Shown here: positions 55,608-64,000 of the stretch, piece by piece | How the letters are laid out: every line of letters starts with the position of its first letter | How positions within the stretch are numbered: the first letter of the stretch is position 1 | Virus record (IMG/VR): IMGVR_UViG_3300042507_002545 | Span: 1 to 64,000 of that record | DNA from: a virus | Lineage: Duplodnaviria; Caudoviricetes | DNA: 64,000 nt | Strand: one strand, 5' to 3' | Translations under genes and position numbers: made by a program | Notes under the pieces: model-generated | Told to the model about the DNA's origin: nothing | Seen by the model: the letters and a program-made list of their open reading frames with translations, nothing else | The model's database searches: none

Positions 55608-55831
55608 AACCAGGAGACTACTACATAGATGATTACTATGAGCCAGATACTATTGTAGTAAAGATTACTGATCAAGATACTGCTGATGGTTACACATGTA
55701 GAGTTGTTTATTCAAGTGATCCTGGCCGTATGAGAATAGGTGAAAAGGTATCACGTTATTCAGATGACGAGGACCTTATACCAGTAGCTATGATCACCAT
55801 AGATAATAAAGTAATACTAATTAATTTATGA
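55604..55831 (+). CDS. Hypothetical protein
   Basis: 75 aa, ATGA-coupled. Confidence 0.6.
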   Translation: MKPGDYYIDDYYEPDTIVVKITDQDTADGYTCRVVYSSDPGRMRIGEKVSRYSDDEDLIPVAMITIDNKVILINL

Positions 55832-56121
55832 AAAGTAAAAGACTAACTGATGATGAAATGGTGAAAGATATAATCAACACCATGTTTATTATAGCTGGTC
55901 ATGATGTATCCTATGAGGACATTAAAGACCGTAAGGACAAATGGTATGAGCAATGGACCATGACTCCTGAGCAGGAAGAAAAGTGGACGGAGTGGATGGT
56001 AACCTACTTACGTAAGCATAGAAGGCTCGCTGTTAAGTATGCTCAGAGATCTGCTTCTATGTATAACCTGATGTGGGGCCTTAAGGTCAACCGTCCTGAA
56101 CTAGAACAAGAGAATGAGTAA
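55828..56121 (+). CDS. Hypothetical protein
   Basis: 97 aa, Trp-rich, ATGA-coupled. Confidence 0.65.
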   Translation: MKSKRLTDDEMVKDIINTMFIIAGHDVSYEDIKDRKDKWYEQWTMTPEQEEKWTEWMVTYLRKHRRLAVKYAQRSASMYNLMWGLKVNRPELEQENE

Positions 56122-56323
56122 GTATATCCTATGGGCTATAGCCTTTTTATTATTGCTAGATTGTGCAGGTACAATAGCAATGTATATGGTCTGGAAAGAC
56201 AAGCCTCTTGAGAGAGAGGACTACCAAATGTTTAAAGCTGTTTATATACCAAGAGATACCGTATATGTAGATCCTATTACTATAGGTACAACTACTGATC
56301 CTACGGATGAGGAACTAAACTGA
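56114..56323 (+). CDS. Small membrane protein
   Basis: N-terminal hydrophobic helix. Confidence 0.55.
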   Translation: MSKYILWAIAFLLLLDCAGTIAMYMVWKDKPLEREDYQMFKAVYIPRDTVYVDPITIGTTTDPTDEELN

Positions 56324-56331
56324 ATGTGTTG

Positions 56332-56339
56332 TATATTTG
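56332..56339 (+). promoter_or_regulatory. Bacteroidota-type -7 promoter box (TATATTTG)
   Basis: TAnnTTTG 20 nt upstream of the GroES-like gene. Confidence 0.55.
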
Positions 56340-56358
56340 TTAAACTAAAAAACCAATT

Positions 56359-56631
56359 ATGAAATTGCACGGAAAAAGAATTCTCATTGAGAAGCCTATT
56401 AAACCTGAGTCTCAGGTATTGTTAACAGCAGAATCTGAAGCTGCTATGGAACAAGAGTGGATGAAGAGCTGGACTAAGCTTAAGGTACATGCTACCGGAT
56501 CTGATTGTACTAATGTACAACCAGGAGATTTGGTATATGTAGGAAACGCGTTAGCTAACTCTGAGATTATTGACATTGATGGTAGCTTATACTTTCTTGT
56601 TAACGAGGCTGCGGTATGCATAACGTGGTAG
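56359..56631 (+). CDS. groES: GroES-like co-chaperonin
   Basis: LHGKRILIE...V.ATG....VQPGDLVY...IDG..Y.LV.E pattern in 90 aa. Confidence 0.75.
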   Translation: MKLHGKRILIEKPIKPESQVLLTAESEAAMEQEWMKSWTKLKVHATGSDCTNVQPGDLVYVGNALANSEIIDIDGSLYFLVNEAAVCITW

Positions 56632-56748
56632 ATACATTAAAGGAACTAATAACGCAGATGGATAATCTACGTAATAATAAAACAGTTCCTTATCTTAACC
56701 CATACAAGGGTATAGATGATTGTGTTGATCTAGTTAACCGTAAAATAC

Positions 56749-57636
56749 GTGAGCTTGAAAGAAAAAAGCCTAATCAAGAAAGTAACTAGAAAGCAATTAA
56801 AGATTACTGAATCTGGCCGAAGCACGGACTTCATTGCTCCTAGCTTTGGCCACGGTTGTCTTTATAACTGTAGTTACTGTTATATGAAACGCCACCGTCC
56901 TACGGGATTACAGGTGGCAGATAATGTAGATGATGTATTACATGCTATAACTGAACACTACTCTGACATAGTTTACTCGCCTTGGTATAAACAGAATAAG
57001 CCTAACCAAACTGATGATCATGATATAACGTATGATATAGGTAGCAATGAAGATCTTGCTTTACATGCTAAGTACTATGACATAGACCATATTTTTAAAA
57101 CTGTATATGGTAGAACATATCTTAAATTCTCATTTGCTACTAAGTATGTAAACTATGATTTACCTAATGTTTTTCATGGTATTAGAATTAGATTTAGTCT
57201 TATGCCGCAGAAGTATGCGGATGTGCTAGAGCCCGAAACCAGTTCTATTATAGAAAGGATTCAGGCTATAGATAAGTTTATAGATAAGGGTTATGAGGTT
57301 CACATTAACTTTAGTCCTGTAATTGTAACAGATACTTGGTTAGATGATTACCGAGATTTGTTTATGCTTGTTGATGAGCATGTTACAAATAAGGATAAAG
57401 TAAAGTGTGAGGTTATATTCCTTACTCACAATGAGAAGAAGCATAACTACAATCTTGCTAATGATATACCCGGCGAGGACATGTTGTGGAGACCTGAGAT
57501 TCAAGAAAATAAGATATCAGGTAACGGTGAATTAAATATTCGCTACCAACATAAACTTAAGTCTGAGTATATTTATCAATTCAAAGCATTGCATGGTATA
57601 ATCTTACCGTGGAATACAATACGTTATATTTTTTAA
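56749..57636 (+). CDS. splB: Spore photoproduct lyase-family radical SAM protein
   Basis: GRSTDFIAPSFGHGCLYNCSYCY (CxxxCxxC), FATKYVN, RIRFSLMP and HINFSPVI. Confidence 0.85.
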   Translation: MSLKEKSLIKKVTRKQLKITESGRSTDFIAPSFGHGCLYNCSYCYMKRHRPTGLQVADNVDDVLHAITEHYSDIVYSPWYKQNKPNQTDDHDITYDIGSNEDLALHAKYYDIDHIFKTVYGRTYLKFSFATKYVNYDLPNVFHGIRIRFSLMPQKYADVLEPETSSIIERIQAIDKFIDKGYEVHINFSPVIVTDTWLDDYRDLFMLVDEHVTNKDKVKCEVIFLTHNEKKHNYNLANDIPGEDMLWRPEIQENKISGNGELNIRYQHKLKSEYIYQFKALHGIILPWNTIRYIF

Positions 57637-57637
57637 G

Positions 57638-57946
57638 ATGAAAACACAATATAAAAATCGTTATGGTGATATTATCACCTTTGAAAAAAAAGATAATGTT
57701 ATAGAGATGAGTGGGTTTACTGAGCACTACCGTGTAGGTGGGTGGCCTGGTGAGACAGAGATGCCTAACTATAAATTCTCTATGATTGACCCTAGTGGTG
57801 GACCATACATTACTGCGCAAGCAGAGTGGCATGGTGAAGAGATGAGCGGTACAGATATGGGATCATTTCTATATGATTGGCAAGGGCTCAAGATAGAGTA
57901 CATTACAGTAGAAGATGGGCTAGCTAAATTACATTTATGCAATTAA
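57638..57946 (+). CDS. Hypothetical protein
   Basis: NRYGD...IDPSGGPYI motif. Confidence 0.65.
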   Translation: MKTQYKNRYGDIITFEKKDNVIEMSGFTEHYRVGGWPGETEMPNYKFSMIDPSGGPYITAQAEWHGEEMSGTDMGSFLYDWQGLKIEYITVEDGLAKLHLCN

Positions 57947-58281
57947 CAGAAGAACATTTAGATAGAGTCAAGATTGCTAATCTTGTAGTGTGGCTACAGA
58001 TGGCGGTATTTGCCGCAGATGAGACTGCTCATATTAAATGGTTTAATAGGCATAAAACTAAGAATGTTTTAAATAACTTTAATGATATCGTGATTAAAGA
58101 ACATGGTCCATTACTGAAATCATTCTGGGATATACCTGACCAAATAGACATGGTAGAAATGTCTAATAGATTAAGTAAATTTGCAGCCCTTATAACCGAT
58201 ATGGACTATGAGGACATGCAAGAAAGTATTGAATTAATAGAAAAATATTTAAAAGAAAAAAGAAATGGTAACAGTAATTGA
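57937..58281 (+). CDS. Hypothetical protein
   Basis: 114 aa ORF within the operon. Confidence 0.65.
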   Translation: MQLTEEHLDRVKIANLVVWLQMAVFAADETAHIKWFNRHKTKNVLNNFNDIVIKEHGPLLKSFWDIPDQIDMVEMSNRLSKFAALITDMDYEDMQESIELIEKYLKEKRNGNSN

Positions 58282-58573
58282 TATTTGTGTATTAACAGGC
58301 GCTGGCCTAGTAGGCGGTATCTGTGTAGGATTGCTTATAAGAGATAAGCAAATTAAAAATCTTAAGGAAGAAGTAGAGTCTGGAGACAAATCATACATGA
58401 ACTTAGCAGATAGTTATATGGAGTTGTTCAGCTCACATAGAAATCTTAAGTTAGCTAATGCTAAGAAGGAGGTTGCTAAGCGTGGACCGGGAAGACCTAA
58501 AGGAAGTACTAATAAATCTAAGAAAGATGGCAAACCAACTACCCGTAAGTATACGCGCAAAAGTAGTAAATAA
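58265..58573 (+). CDS. Membrane-anchored protein with AT-hook-like basic tail
   Basis: N-terminal TM, coiled coil and KRGPGRPKGS. Confidence 0.6.
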   Translation: MVTVIDICVLTGAGLVGGICVGLLIRDKQIKNLKEEVESGDKSYMNLADSYMELFSSHRNLKLANAKKEVAKRGPGRPKGSTNKSKKDGKPTTRKYTRKSSK

Positions 58574-58901
58574 GAACTTAGAGATAGATCCTTTGGGATC
58601 TGCTAAGCTAGGCTTATTTATTAAAGGATTGCAAGATGGTGAAAGAGTTATTATTACCTATGAAGTTCAAACTGAAGATGCTAGCTATGCTCAAATAAGC
58701 AAAGTACATAAGCACATTAGAGAACTTGCTAACTATACTGGAGATTCATTTGAGGATATGAAATTACAAGTTAAGTTACGTGCAGGACTTTGCACTGACA
58801 CTAATTGTAAGTCATTTTCGGAATGTGATAAAGAAGAATTATCTATGGCTATTCAGGCGTCGATTGAGATTGGGGAGTTGGTGGGGTTTTCTCTATACTA
58901 A
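58527..58901 (+). CDS. Hypothetical protein (NinB-like)
   Basis: Likely start MANQLPV; S.AQ....H..IRELA..TG...KSFSEC.KEELS pattern. Confidence 0.5.
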   Translation: MANQLPVSIRAKVVNKNLEIDPLGSAKLGLFIKGLQDGERVIITYEVQTEDASYAQISKVHKHIRELANYTGDSFEDMKLQVKLRAGLCTDTNCKSFSECDKEELSMAIQASIEIGELVGFSLY

Positions 58902-59196
58902 TACGCTCTCCAGTTTCTAAATCTATTTCAATTTCTTCCATTAAACCTTGCTCTTCAGCAAGATCTTCTAGTAGAACTTGAAATGCCATGACGGTATATA
59001 CATGGTAGGCAAGTGGGGTTTCCTGCTTGCCTTCCTTTAAATCCGCCATTATCTGTTTAAAATGTTCCTGGTCTTTGTACTCAAAGTGTTCAGCAAGCAT
59101 TTTGTTGAATCTATAATAGAAAATACCCGGTATTTCAGCTTTGATAATTTTATTTTTATCAATGATCTTTACCTTTTGTGTTTTCTTCTCAGACAT
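58849..59196 (-). CDS. Lone antisense hypothetical protein
   Basis: Likely start MSEKK; fills the gap between plus-strand genes; TAAGTTTG box at 59212-59219 on the minus strand. Confidence 0.65.
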   Translation of the reverse strand: MSEKKTQKVKIIDKNKIIKAEIPGIFYYRFNKMLAEHFEYKDQEHFKQIMADLKEGKQETPLAYHVYTVMAFQVLLEDLAEEQGLMEEIEIDLETGERISIEKTPPTPQSQSTPE

Positions 59197-59218
59197 AGGA
59201 TTTAATTTATACAAACTT

Positions 59219-59920
59219 ATGACTCAAGAAATTAATATACAAGAAATTAGCCAAAAACTTTATGACAAGGTAAAGGACAAAGGATGGAATAAGCTTCGCA
59301 CTTTTTTGTTATCATCTGATATGGATGATATCTTAGAAAAATTAGTGAAAGAAGTTGAGCAAAATAAACGCTTTACTCCCCCTGTTAAAAATTTATTTAC
59401 CGCTTTAGAAAAATGCCCTATAGATAATGTTAGAGTAGTTATTATAGGACAAGATCCCTATCCACAATTAGGTGTTGCGGATGGTATTGCGTTTAGTTGC
59501 AGCAATACAGGTAAGATTGAGAAGTCATTACAGTATATGCATAGTTCAATTAAAGATACTGTTGATGCGGAATATGTAGGAAGTCCTGATTTGTCCCCTT
59601 GGGCAGAACAAGGCATACTTATGTTAAACTCAGCATTAACCACAACTATTGGCAAACCAGGTACACACCAAGAATTATGGCAGCCGTTTGTTGCTTACCT
59701 CCTAGATATACTAACACATCACAAGGATGGTTTAGTATATGTATTCTTAGGTAAAAAAGCACAAGAATTTGCTGATATGGTACCAGATAGTAATCATAAG
59801 ATTATGGTATCTCATCCTGCTAGTGCTGCATATAGTGGAAGTAAGTGGGACTGCAATAACATGTGGAATAAAATAAACAACTACTTACATGAGAAAGGAC
59901 GAGAACCCATATCCTGGTAG
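59219..59920 (+). CDS. ung: Uracil-DNA glycosylase, family 1
   Basis: GQDPY, ADGIAFS, QGILMLN and SHPAS motifs; likely start MTQEINI. Confidence 0.92.
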   Translation: MTQEINIQEISQKLYDKVKDKGWNKLRTFLLSSDMDDILEKLVKEVEQNKRFTPPVKNLFTALEKCPIDNVRVVIIGQDPYPQLGVADGIAFSCSNTGKIEKSLQYMHSSIKDTVDAEYVGSPDLSPWAEQGILMLNSALTTTIGKPGTHQELWQPFVAYLLDILTHHKDGLVYVFLGKKAQEFADMVPDSNHKIMVSHPASAAYSGSKWDCNNMWNKINNYLHEKGREPISW

Positions 59921-60194
59921 AATTAAGATTAAGATTGTACTTGACCCAAACTTTGGCGAGGTGCAATTTGAAATAGAAGAAACTAATATTAAGAACAAGT
60001 GTCTATTTGATGCATTATCCGAACATGGTATTGAGCTTGAAAGAGCTAAGTATATTGCACAAGATATGGCCAAGTGTACAAACACTGGTAAGTTTTATCA
60101 TTTAGAACCAATAGATTATGTAAAATATGGCAGAGAAAGACGTTATGAAGCTGAGGAGCAATATCAGGCAAGATTTGGCCCAGCTAAACTATGA
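59889..60194 (+). CDS. Hypothetical protein
   Basis: 101 aa ORF within the operon. Confidence 0.55.
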   Translation: MRKDENPYPGRIKIKIVLDPNFGEVQFEIEETNIKNKCLFDALSEHGIELERAKYIAQDMAKCTNTGKFYHLEPIDYVKYGRERRYEAEEQYQARFGPAKL

Positions 60195-60648
60195 TCTGAA
60201 TTTAGTTATCTCTAAGTTCTTTAGTAGTATCCAACAAGATTTGAATAAGTATGATAAATACATAGGTGATTGCCATGCAATTATACCTGGCATAGATAAC
60301 TTCAACGTTGTAGTCAACTTAGCTGAAGAACTTTATCCTGATGATAAACCTTTTACTGACAACATGAAAGTTCGTAAACAACAAGTTATTATCATAAGAC
60401 AATGTTGTTACTTGATAGGTAATGAACTTGGTTTAAGTTATTCTCATATGGTAAGAGTTCTTAATGACATGCATAAAGAGAAAGTTACACATCATGCTAC
60501 TATGTTGCATGGTGCTAAGAAAACTCGTATTGCATTAGAAATCAAAGACAAAAGTGTATTACCTATATGGAGTAACTTAATGTCTAAGATGCAAGAGAGA
60601 AATTATTCAAAATCATTTGTATCTTTAGAGTCTATAGACAAGTTATGA
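60127..60648 (+). CDS. Protein with DnaA C-terminal (domain IV)-like HTH
   Basis: RKQQVIIIRQCCYLI...GLSYS...HHATMLHG resembles the DnaA R...RQ...DHTTVLH signature. Confidence 0.6.
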   Translation: MAEKDVMKLRSNIRQDLAQLNYDLNLVISKFFSSIQQDLNKYDKYIGDCHAIIPGIDNFNVVVNLAEELYPDDKPFTDNMKVRKQQVIIIRQCCYLIGNELGLSYSHMVRVLNDMHKEKVTHHATMLHGAKKTRIALEIKDKSVLPIWSNLMSKMQERNYSKSFVSLESIDKL

Positions 60649-61205
60649 AAGAACTATTTGACTTCTTAATAACTAAGGGTTTGTCCCCTAATAGTTATTA
60701 TTTATTGTGGTCCATTTACAACGGTACAGCACCTCAAAATATTAAAGTACCTCTAGAAATGAGAACTGTTGCTCAACAAGGGTATATTGATGAAGAGGGT
60801 AAATTAACTTCTAAAGGTTTAGAAATTGTAAGATTTAACTCTAAAGTTGTAAGTGCTTTACCAGATGATGCATCAGATAATATTGATAAGTATATTTCTA
60901 TATTTCCTAAAGGTAAACTTCCTAGCGGTAAAGCTGCTAGAGTAAACAAAAAGAATATAGAAGATGCTTTCAAATGGTTCTTTAAAAATTATACGTATGA
61001 TTGGGATACTATTCTACGTGCTACATTTTATTATGTAGAGACATATGAAAAGACTAATTATATGTATATGAAGAATTCACAGTACTTTATACGTAAGCAG
61101 AACACCGATAAATCTTGGGATTCTGAACTTGCAAACTACTGTGATATAATTATTAATGGAGATGATGAGCCAGAAACTCCTCATTTCAGCGATAACGTAG
61201 TATGA
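60645..61205 (+). CDS. Putative replication initiator / helicase-loader-like protein
   Basis: N-terminal wHTH-like (GYID..GKLT.KG) and C-terminal FP....R...YM....YFI pattern; precedes DnaB. Confidence 0.5.
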   Translation: MKELFDFLITKGLSPNSYYLLWSIYNGTAPQNIKVPLEMRTVAQQGYIDEEGKLTSKGLEIVRFNSKVVSALPDDASDNIDKYISIFPKGKLPSGKAARVNKKNIEDAFKWFFKNYTYDWDTILRATFYYVETYEKTNYMYMKNSQYFIRKQNTDKSWDSELANYCDIIINGDDEPETPHFSDNVV

Positions 61206-61405
61206 TTATAAATCTTTTCACAAAAGAAAAGGCATTAGCTTTAATTGTTAGTATCTTTTTTTCAGTACTCAGTTGGTTTATAACCAACACGTTAATTATA
61301 GAAATAGCCCTGTGGCAGTATTTTCTTATAGAATTACTCTTGCTTTTTCTAAGTTATTTTTATAAATTCGTAGTAGAAAAATTACAGATACCTCGTGCCG
61401 AATAG
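61202..61405 (+). CDS. Small 2-TM membrane protein
   Basis: Two hydrophobic helices; ATGA-coupled. Confidence 0.55.
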   Translation: MIINLFTKEKALALIVSIFFSVLSWFITNTLIIEIALWQYFLIELLLLFLSYFYKFVVEKLQIPRAE

Positions 61406-61430
61406 GTACGGGGTTTTTTATCCTTAAACA

Positions 61431-62429
61431 ATGACAACAAAGAAAAAAAATACAAGCTGGAATAGCCAGCGGGAAGGATTTCTTGACTCTTTGAAGTACA
61501 TGAAGGGACGTCAACAAGGCCAAATCAAAAGCTTAAAGACACCCTGGGATAAGTTTAATGACGCAACAACAAGTGGTTTAGAGTGGAACTCAATGACGGT
61601 TATAGGCGGAAGACCGGCAAGTGGGAAAACTCTTATTAAAGATCAAATAGTACGTGAAGCTTTTGTTTTGAATAAAGGCGAAAACTTTAGAGTACTGGAA
61701 TTTCAGTTTGAGATGATAGCACGTACTTCGGCTATCCGTGAATACTCCAGCGTACTTGGTAAACCTTATAAGTACTTATGCAGTGCTTCGGGGACACTTA
61801 CCGATGATGATCTTCAAAAGTGTTATGATTACGCAAAAGAAAGAGTACAATACCCTATAGATATCGTAGAGGATCCTTGTACAGTTAATGAATTCAAAGA
61901 AATCATTAAGGACTACATGGAATACTATGCTGAATCTGATGAAGATGGGGGAAAGGTATTTACAAAAACAATTGTAACGCTAGACCATTCGCTCTTACTC
62001 AAAAAGGCACCTTTTGAGAAAGACAAATATGACACGTTGTATAATTTAGGTGAGGCGCTAACGGAACTTAAACGTAAGTATCCAATAGCATTTATTATCT
62101 TAAGTCAGCTTAATAGGAATATTGATAATCCTGAGCGTAGTGAAGACGGTAAGTATGGTAATTACATACTAGAGTCTGACCTATTTGGAGCTGACGCTTT
62201 ATTGCAACATGCCGATACACTAGTAGGTATTAACAGACCTGGGAAACAAAAGATACGCTTATACGGTCCCGATAGATTTATTATTGAGGATGATAAGGTT
62301 CTTGTAATGCATTTTATCAAGTGCCGTAATGGCGATGCTAGAATGAGTTTCTTTAAGGCCGAGTTTGAGAAAATGAGGATTGTTGAAACCGAAACTCCAC
62401 CGCAACAAGAAAGAAAACTAAAATTCTAA
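61431..62429 (+). CDS. dnaB: DnaB-like replicative helicase (SF4 motor domain)
   Basis: GGRPASGKT, FQFEM, TLDH, LSQLNR, ADAL.Q.AD and KCRNG motifs. Confidence 0.9.
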   Translation: MTTKKKNTSWNSQREGFLDSLKYMKGRQQGQIKSLKTPWDKFNDATTSGLEWNSMTVIGGRPASGKTLIKDQIVREAFVLNKGENFRVLEFQFEMIARTSAIREYSSVLGKPYKYLCSASGTLTDDDLQKCYDYAKERVQYPIDIVEDPCTVNEFKEIIKDYMEYYAESDEDGGKVFTKTIVTLDHSLLLKKAPFEKDKYDTLYNLGEALTELKRKYPIAFIILSQLNRNIDNPERSEDGKYGNYILESDLFGADALLQHADTLVGINRPGKQKIRLYGPDRFIIEDDKVLVMHFIKCRNGDARMSFFKAEFEKMRIVETETPPQQERKLKF

Positions 62430-62434
62430 GTAAC

Positions 62435-62995
62435 ATGTCAATAAGTACAACACCAAAAGCAGACAATGTAAAGGATAAGCTCCAAGATCTTAGACAGTAT
62501 CATCAGCCAAGCTTTGATGCTCTAGGTATTCCTGATGCACTTTACATCCCTAAGTTAATTTATCGCCCACAAGGTAAAGATGAAATGCATTTCAGCATGT
62601 TTGTCGGCGAGCTTCGCAAAGAACAAGATGTTTATACCGAAGCTGTAAGCCAAGCAAAAGATCCTGAAGATATTAATCGCACCTTGTATGTTTGGCGTTA
62701 TAATCCACACTGGTTAGAAGAATATGATACCACCGAGCCTATGGCTAATGGTCAAGTAAGATATCTTATTCCAGCTGCTGAATTAGTTAAAGTTAACATC
62801 CCTGGTAAAGAAGACAAAAAAACTATTTCTACTAAAGGTAAATCTCCTGCAGCTCCATTAACTATGGACTTTGATGAGATTTTAGATCCTAATAGTGACG
62901 CACCATTTGACCAATTAACAATTCGCGATTTGGCCGCATTGCTATTAAAGAAGCCTGTAAGTAACAAGAAATGGTTGAATGATTTATTAAAATAA
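62435..62995 (+). CDS. Conserved hypothetical replication-module protein
   Basis: C-terminal TIRDLAALLLKKPVSNKKWLN motif; lies between DnaB and the ATPase. Confidence 0.65.
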   Translation: MSISTTPKADNVKDKLQDLRQYHQPSFDALGIPDALYIPKLIYRPQGKDEMHFSMFVGELRKEQDVYTEAVSQAKDPEDINRTLYVWRYNPHWLEEYDTTEPMANGQVRYLIPAAELVKVNIPGKEDKKTISTKGKSPAAPLTMDFDEILDPNSDAPFDQLTIRDLAALLLKKPVSNKKWLNDLLK

Positions 62996-62996
62996 C

Positions 62997-63740
62997 ATGG
63001 AAATTAAATTGCCGTTAGAAAAAGTTAAGGCTGTATCTCAAAGCCCAAGTAACTTGATTGTATTTTCAAAGCCTAAGACTGGTAAAACAACTTTGTTTGC
63101 CAACTTAGAGAATTGCCTTATTCTAGATTTAGAAAATGGTGCCGATTATATTGACGCTATTAAGATTAAAGCAAGTTCAGTTGAAGAAATCAAGCATATT
63201 GGTAAAGCTATTAAAGATGCTGGTAACCCATATCAATACGTTGCTGTAGATACTATTACAGCACTAGAGGAGATGTGTGTTCCTTATGCCGAAGAACTTT
63301 ATTCTAGAACACCTATGGGTAAAAACTGGTTTACATCAGGTAAGGCACAATATGGTACTATTCTTAGTTTACCTAATGGTGCTGGTTATCCATATCTTAG
63401 AGAAGCTTTTACAAAGGTTGTTGATTATATCAAGACCTGGGCTCCTAGAACAATATTGGTAGGACACGTAAAAGACACCCTTCTTGAGAAAAACGGTTCC
63501 GAGTTTAACTCTTTAGACTTGGATTTAACCGGTAAACTAAAGAGAATATCTTGTTCTAATTCTGATGCTATAGGTTATCTATACCGAAAAGGCAAAACTA
63601 ATATCTTAAGTTTTAAAACTTCTGATGAAATTGCCTGCGGTGCAAGACCTGAGCACTTGAGAAATCAAGAGTTTGTAGTATCTGAATTAACAGATGAAAA
63701 CGTAATTAACGTAGATTGGAGTAAAATTTATATCGATTAA
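62997..63740 (+). CDS. AAA/Sak4-like ATPase
   Basis: SKPKTGKT, LDLENG, VDTIT, LVGH and DAIGY motifs. Confidence 0.85.
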   Translation: MEIKLPLEKVKAVSQSPSNLIVFSKPKTGKTTLFANLENCLILDLENGADYIDAIKIKASSVEEIKHIGKAIKDAGNPYQYVAVDTITALEEMCVPYAEELYSRTPMGKNWFTSGKAQYGTILSLPNGAGYPYLREAFTKVVDYIKTWAPRTILVGHVKDTLLEKNGSEFNSLDLDLTGKLKRISCSNSDAIGYLYRKGKTNILSFKTSDEIACGARPEHLRNQEFVVSELTDENVINVDWSKIYID

Positions 63741-63751
63741 CCCTAAGTAAA

Positions 63752-64000
63752 ATGATAAGTACAAAAGATGTAGTAAGTACAACTGGTGGATCCAGTGTAC
63801 CTAAAGTAATTCAACCAGGTAATGAAACATGTACAGTGTTGAACATTAAGCTAGAACCAGCTCGCTTTAAAGAAGGTGGTTATGATATTATCCTTAACGT
63901 TGAAGGTCCAGCAATGGGCGATGACTTTGAAGGCTTTTGGATTAACAAAGACAACCAATCTTTGGGACGCCATTTAGGTCAAGTAGGTCGCATTCGTGCA
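63752..64000 (+). CDS. Partial ORF, probable SSB-like replication protein
   Basis: MISTKDVVSTTGGSSVPKVIQPG... is open to the window end; follows the Sak4-like ATPase, the usual SSB position. Confidence 0.5.
   Translation, partial: MISTKDVVSTTGGSSVPKVIQPGNETCTVLNIKLEPARFKEGGYDIILNVEGPAMGDDFEGFWINKDNQSLGRHLGQVGRIRA

Noticed and set aside
5186-63462. Many short ORF-track entries antisense to or nested in real genes (e.g. 8164-8505, 23245-23736, 27892-28209, 47917-48303, 59458-59655)
   Set aside because: Shadow ORFs that overlap well-supported genes and show no recognisable motifs or leaders.
1-64000. Stop-codon reassignment (TAG or TGA), known in some crAss-like phages
   Set aside because: All core genes are intact under the standard code, TAG and TGA both end real genes, and I saw no suppressor tRNA.

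Overview
This window is a 64 kb segment of a crAss-like (Crassvirales-type) phage that probably infects an environmental Bacteroidota host (TAnnTTTG promoter boxes, A-rich leaders without Shine-Dalgarno). It uses the standard genetic code. Bases 1-39.8 kb (minus strand) hold the virion and packaging module: Cys-rich fibre proteins, PD-(D/E)XK nuclease, terminase, portal, scaffold-like protein, major capsid protein, six tiny basic proteins, ring proteins, auxiliary capsid protein, muzzle/tail stabilisation protein and a truncated cargo protein. Bases 39.9-64 kb (plus strand) hold early, host-takeover and replication genes: metallophosphoesterase, TROVE-like/vWA DUF2828-type protein, ArfA-like peptide, HNH nuclease, PP2C, SF2 helicase, ClpS, GroES, spore photoproduct lyase, UDG, DnaB and an AAA ATPase. 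The most unusual DNA is non-coding and lies at 41.1-46.5 kb. (i) A ~690 nt structured-RNA cluster with three sequence-divergent copies of a bulged stem carrying a conserved CAGCACTRTAAA loop sits directly upstream of the Ro60/TROVE-like gene, a candidate phage Ro/Y-like RNP system. (ii) Repeated early cassettes of mini-hairpin + ATACWMCATAT box + ORF + terminator are candidate hairpin promoters for a virion RNA polymerase. (iii) A dense array of unrelated inverted repeats and G/C runs lies near the strand switch. Family names come from recognised motifs and synteny; no database search was run.
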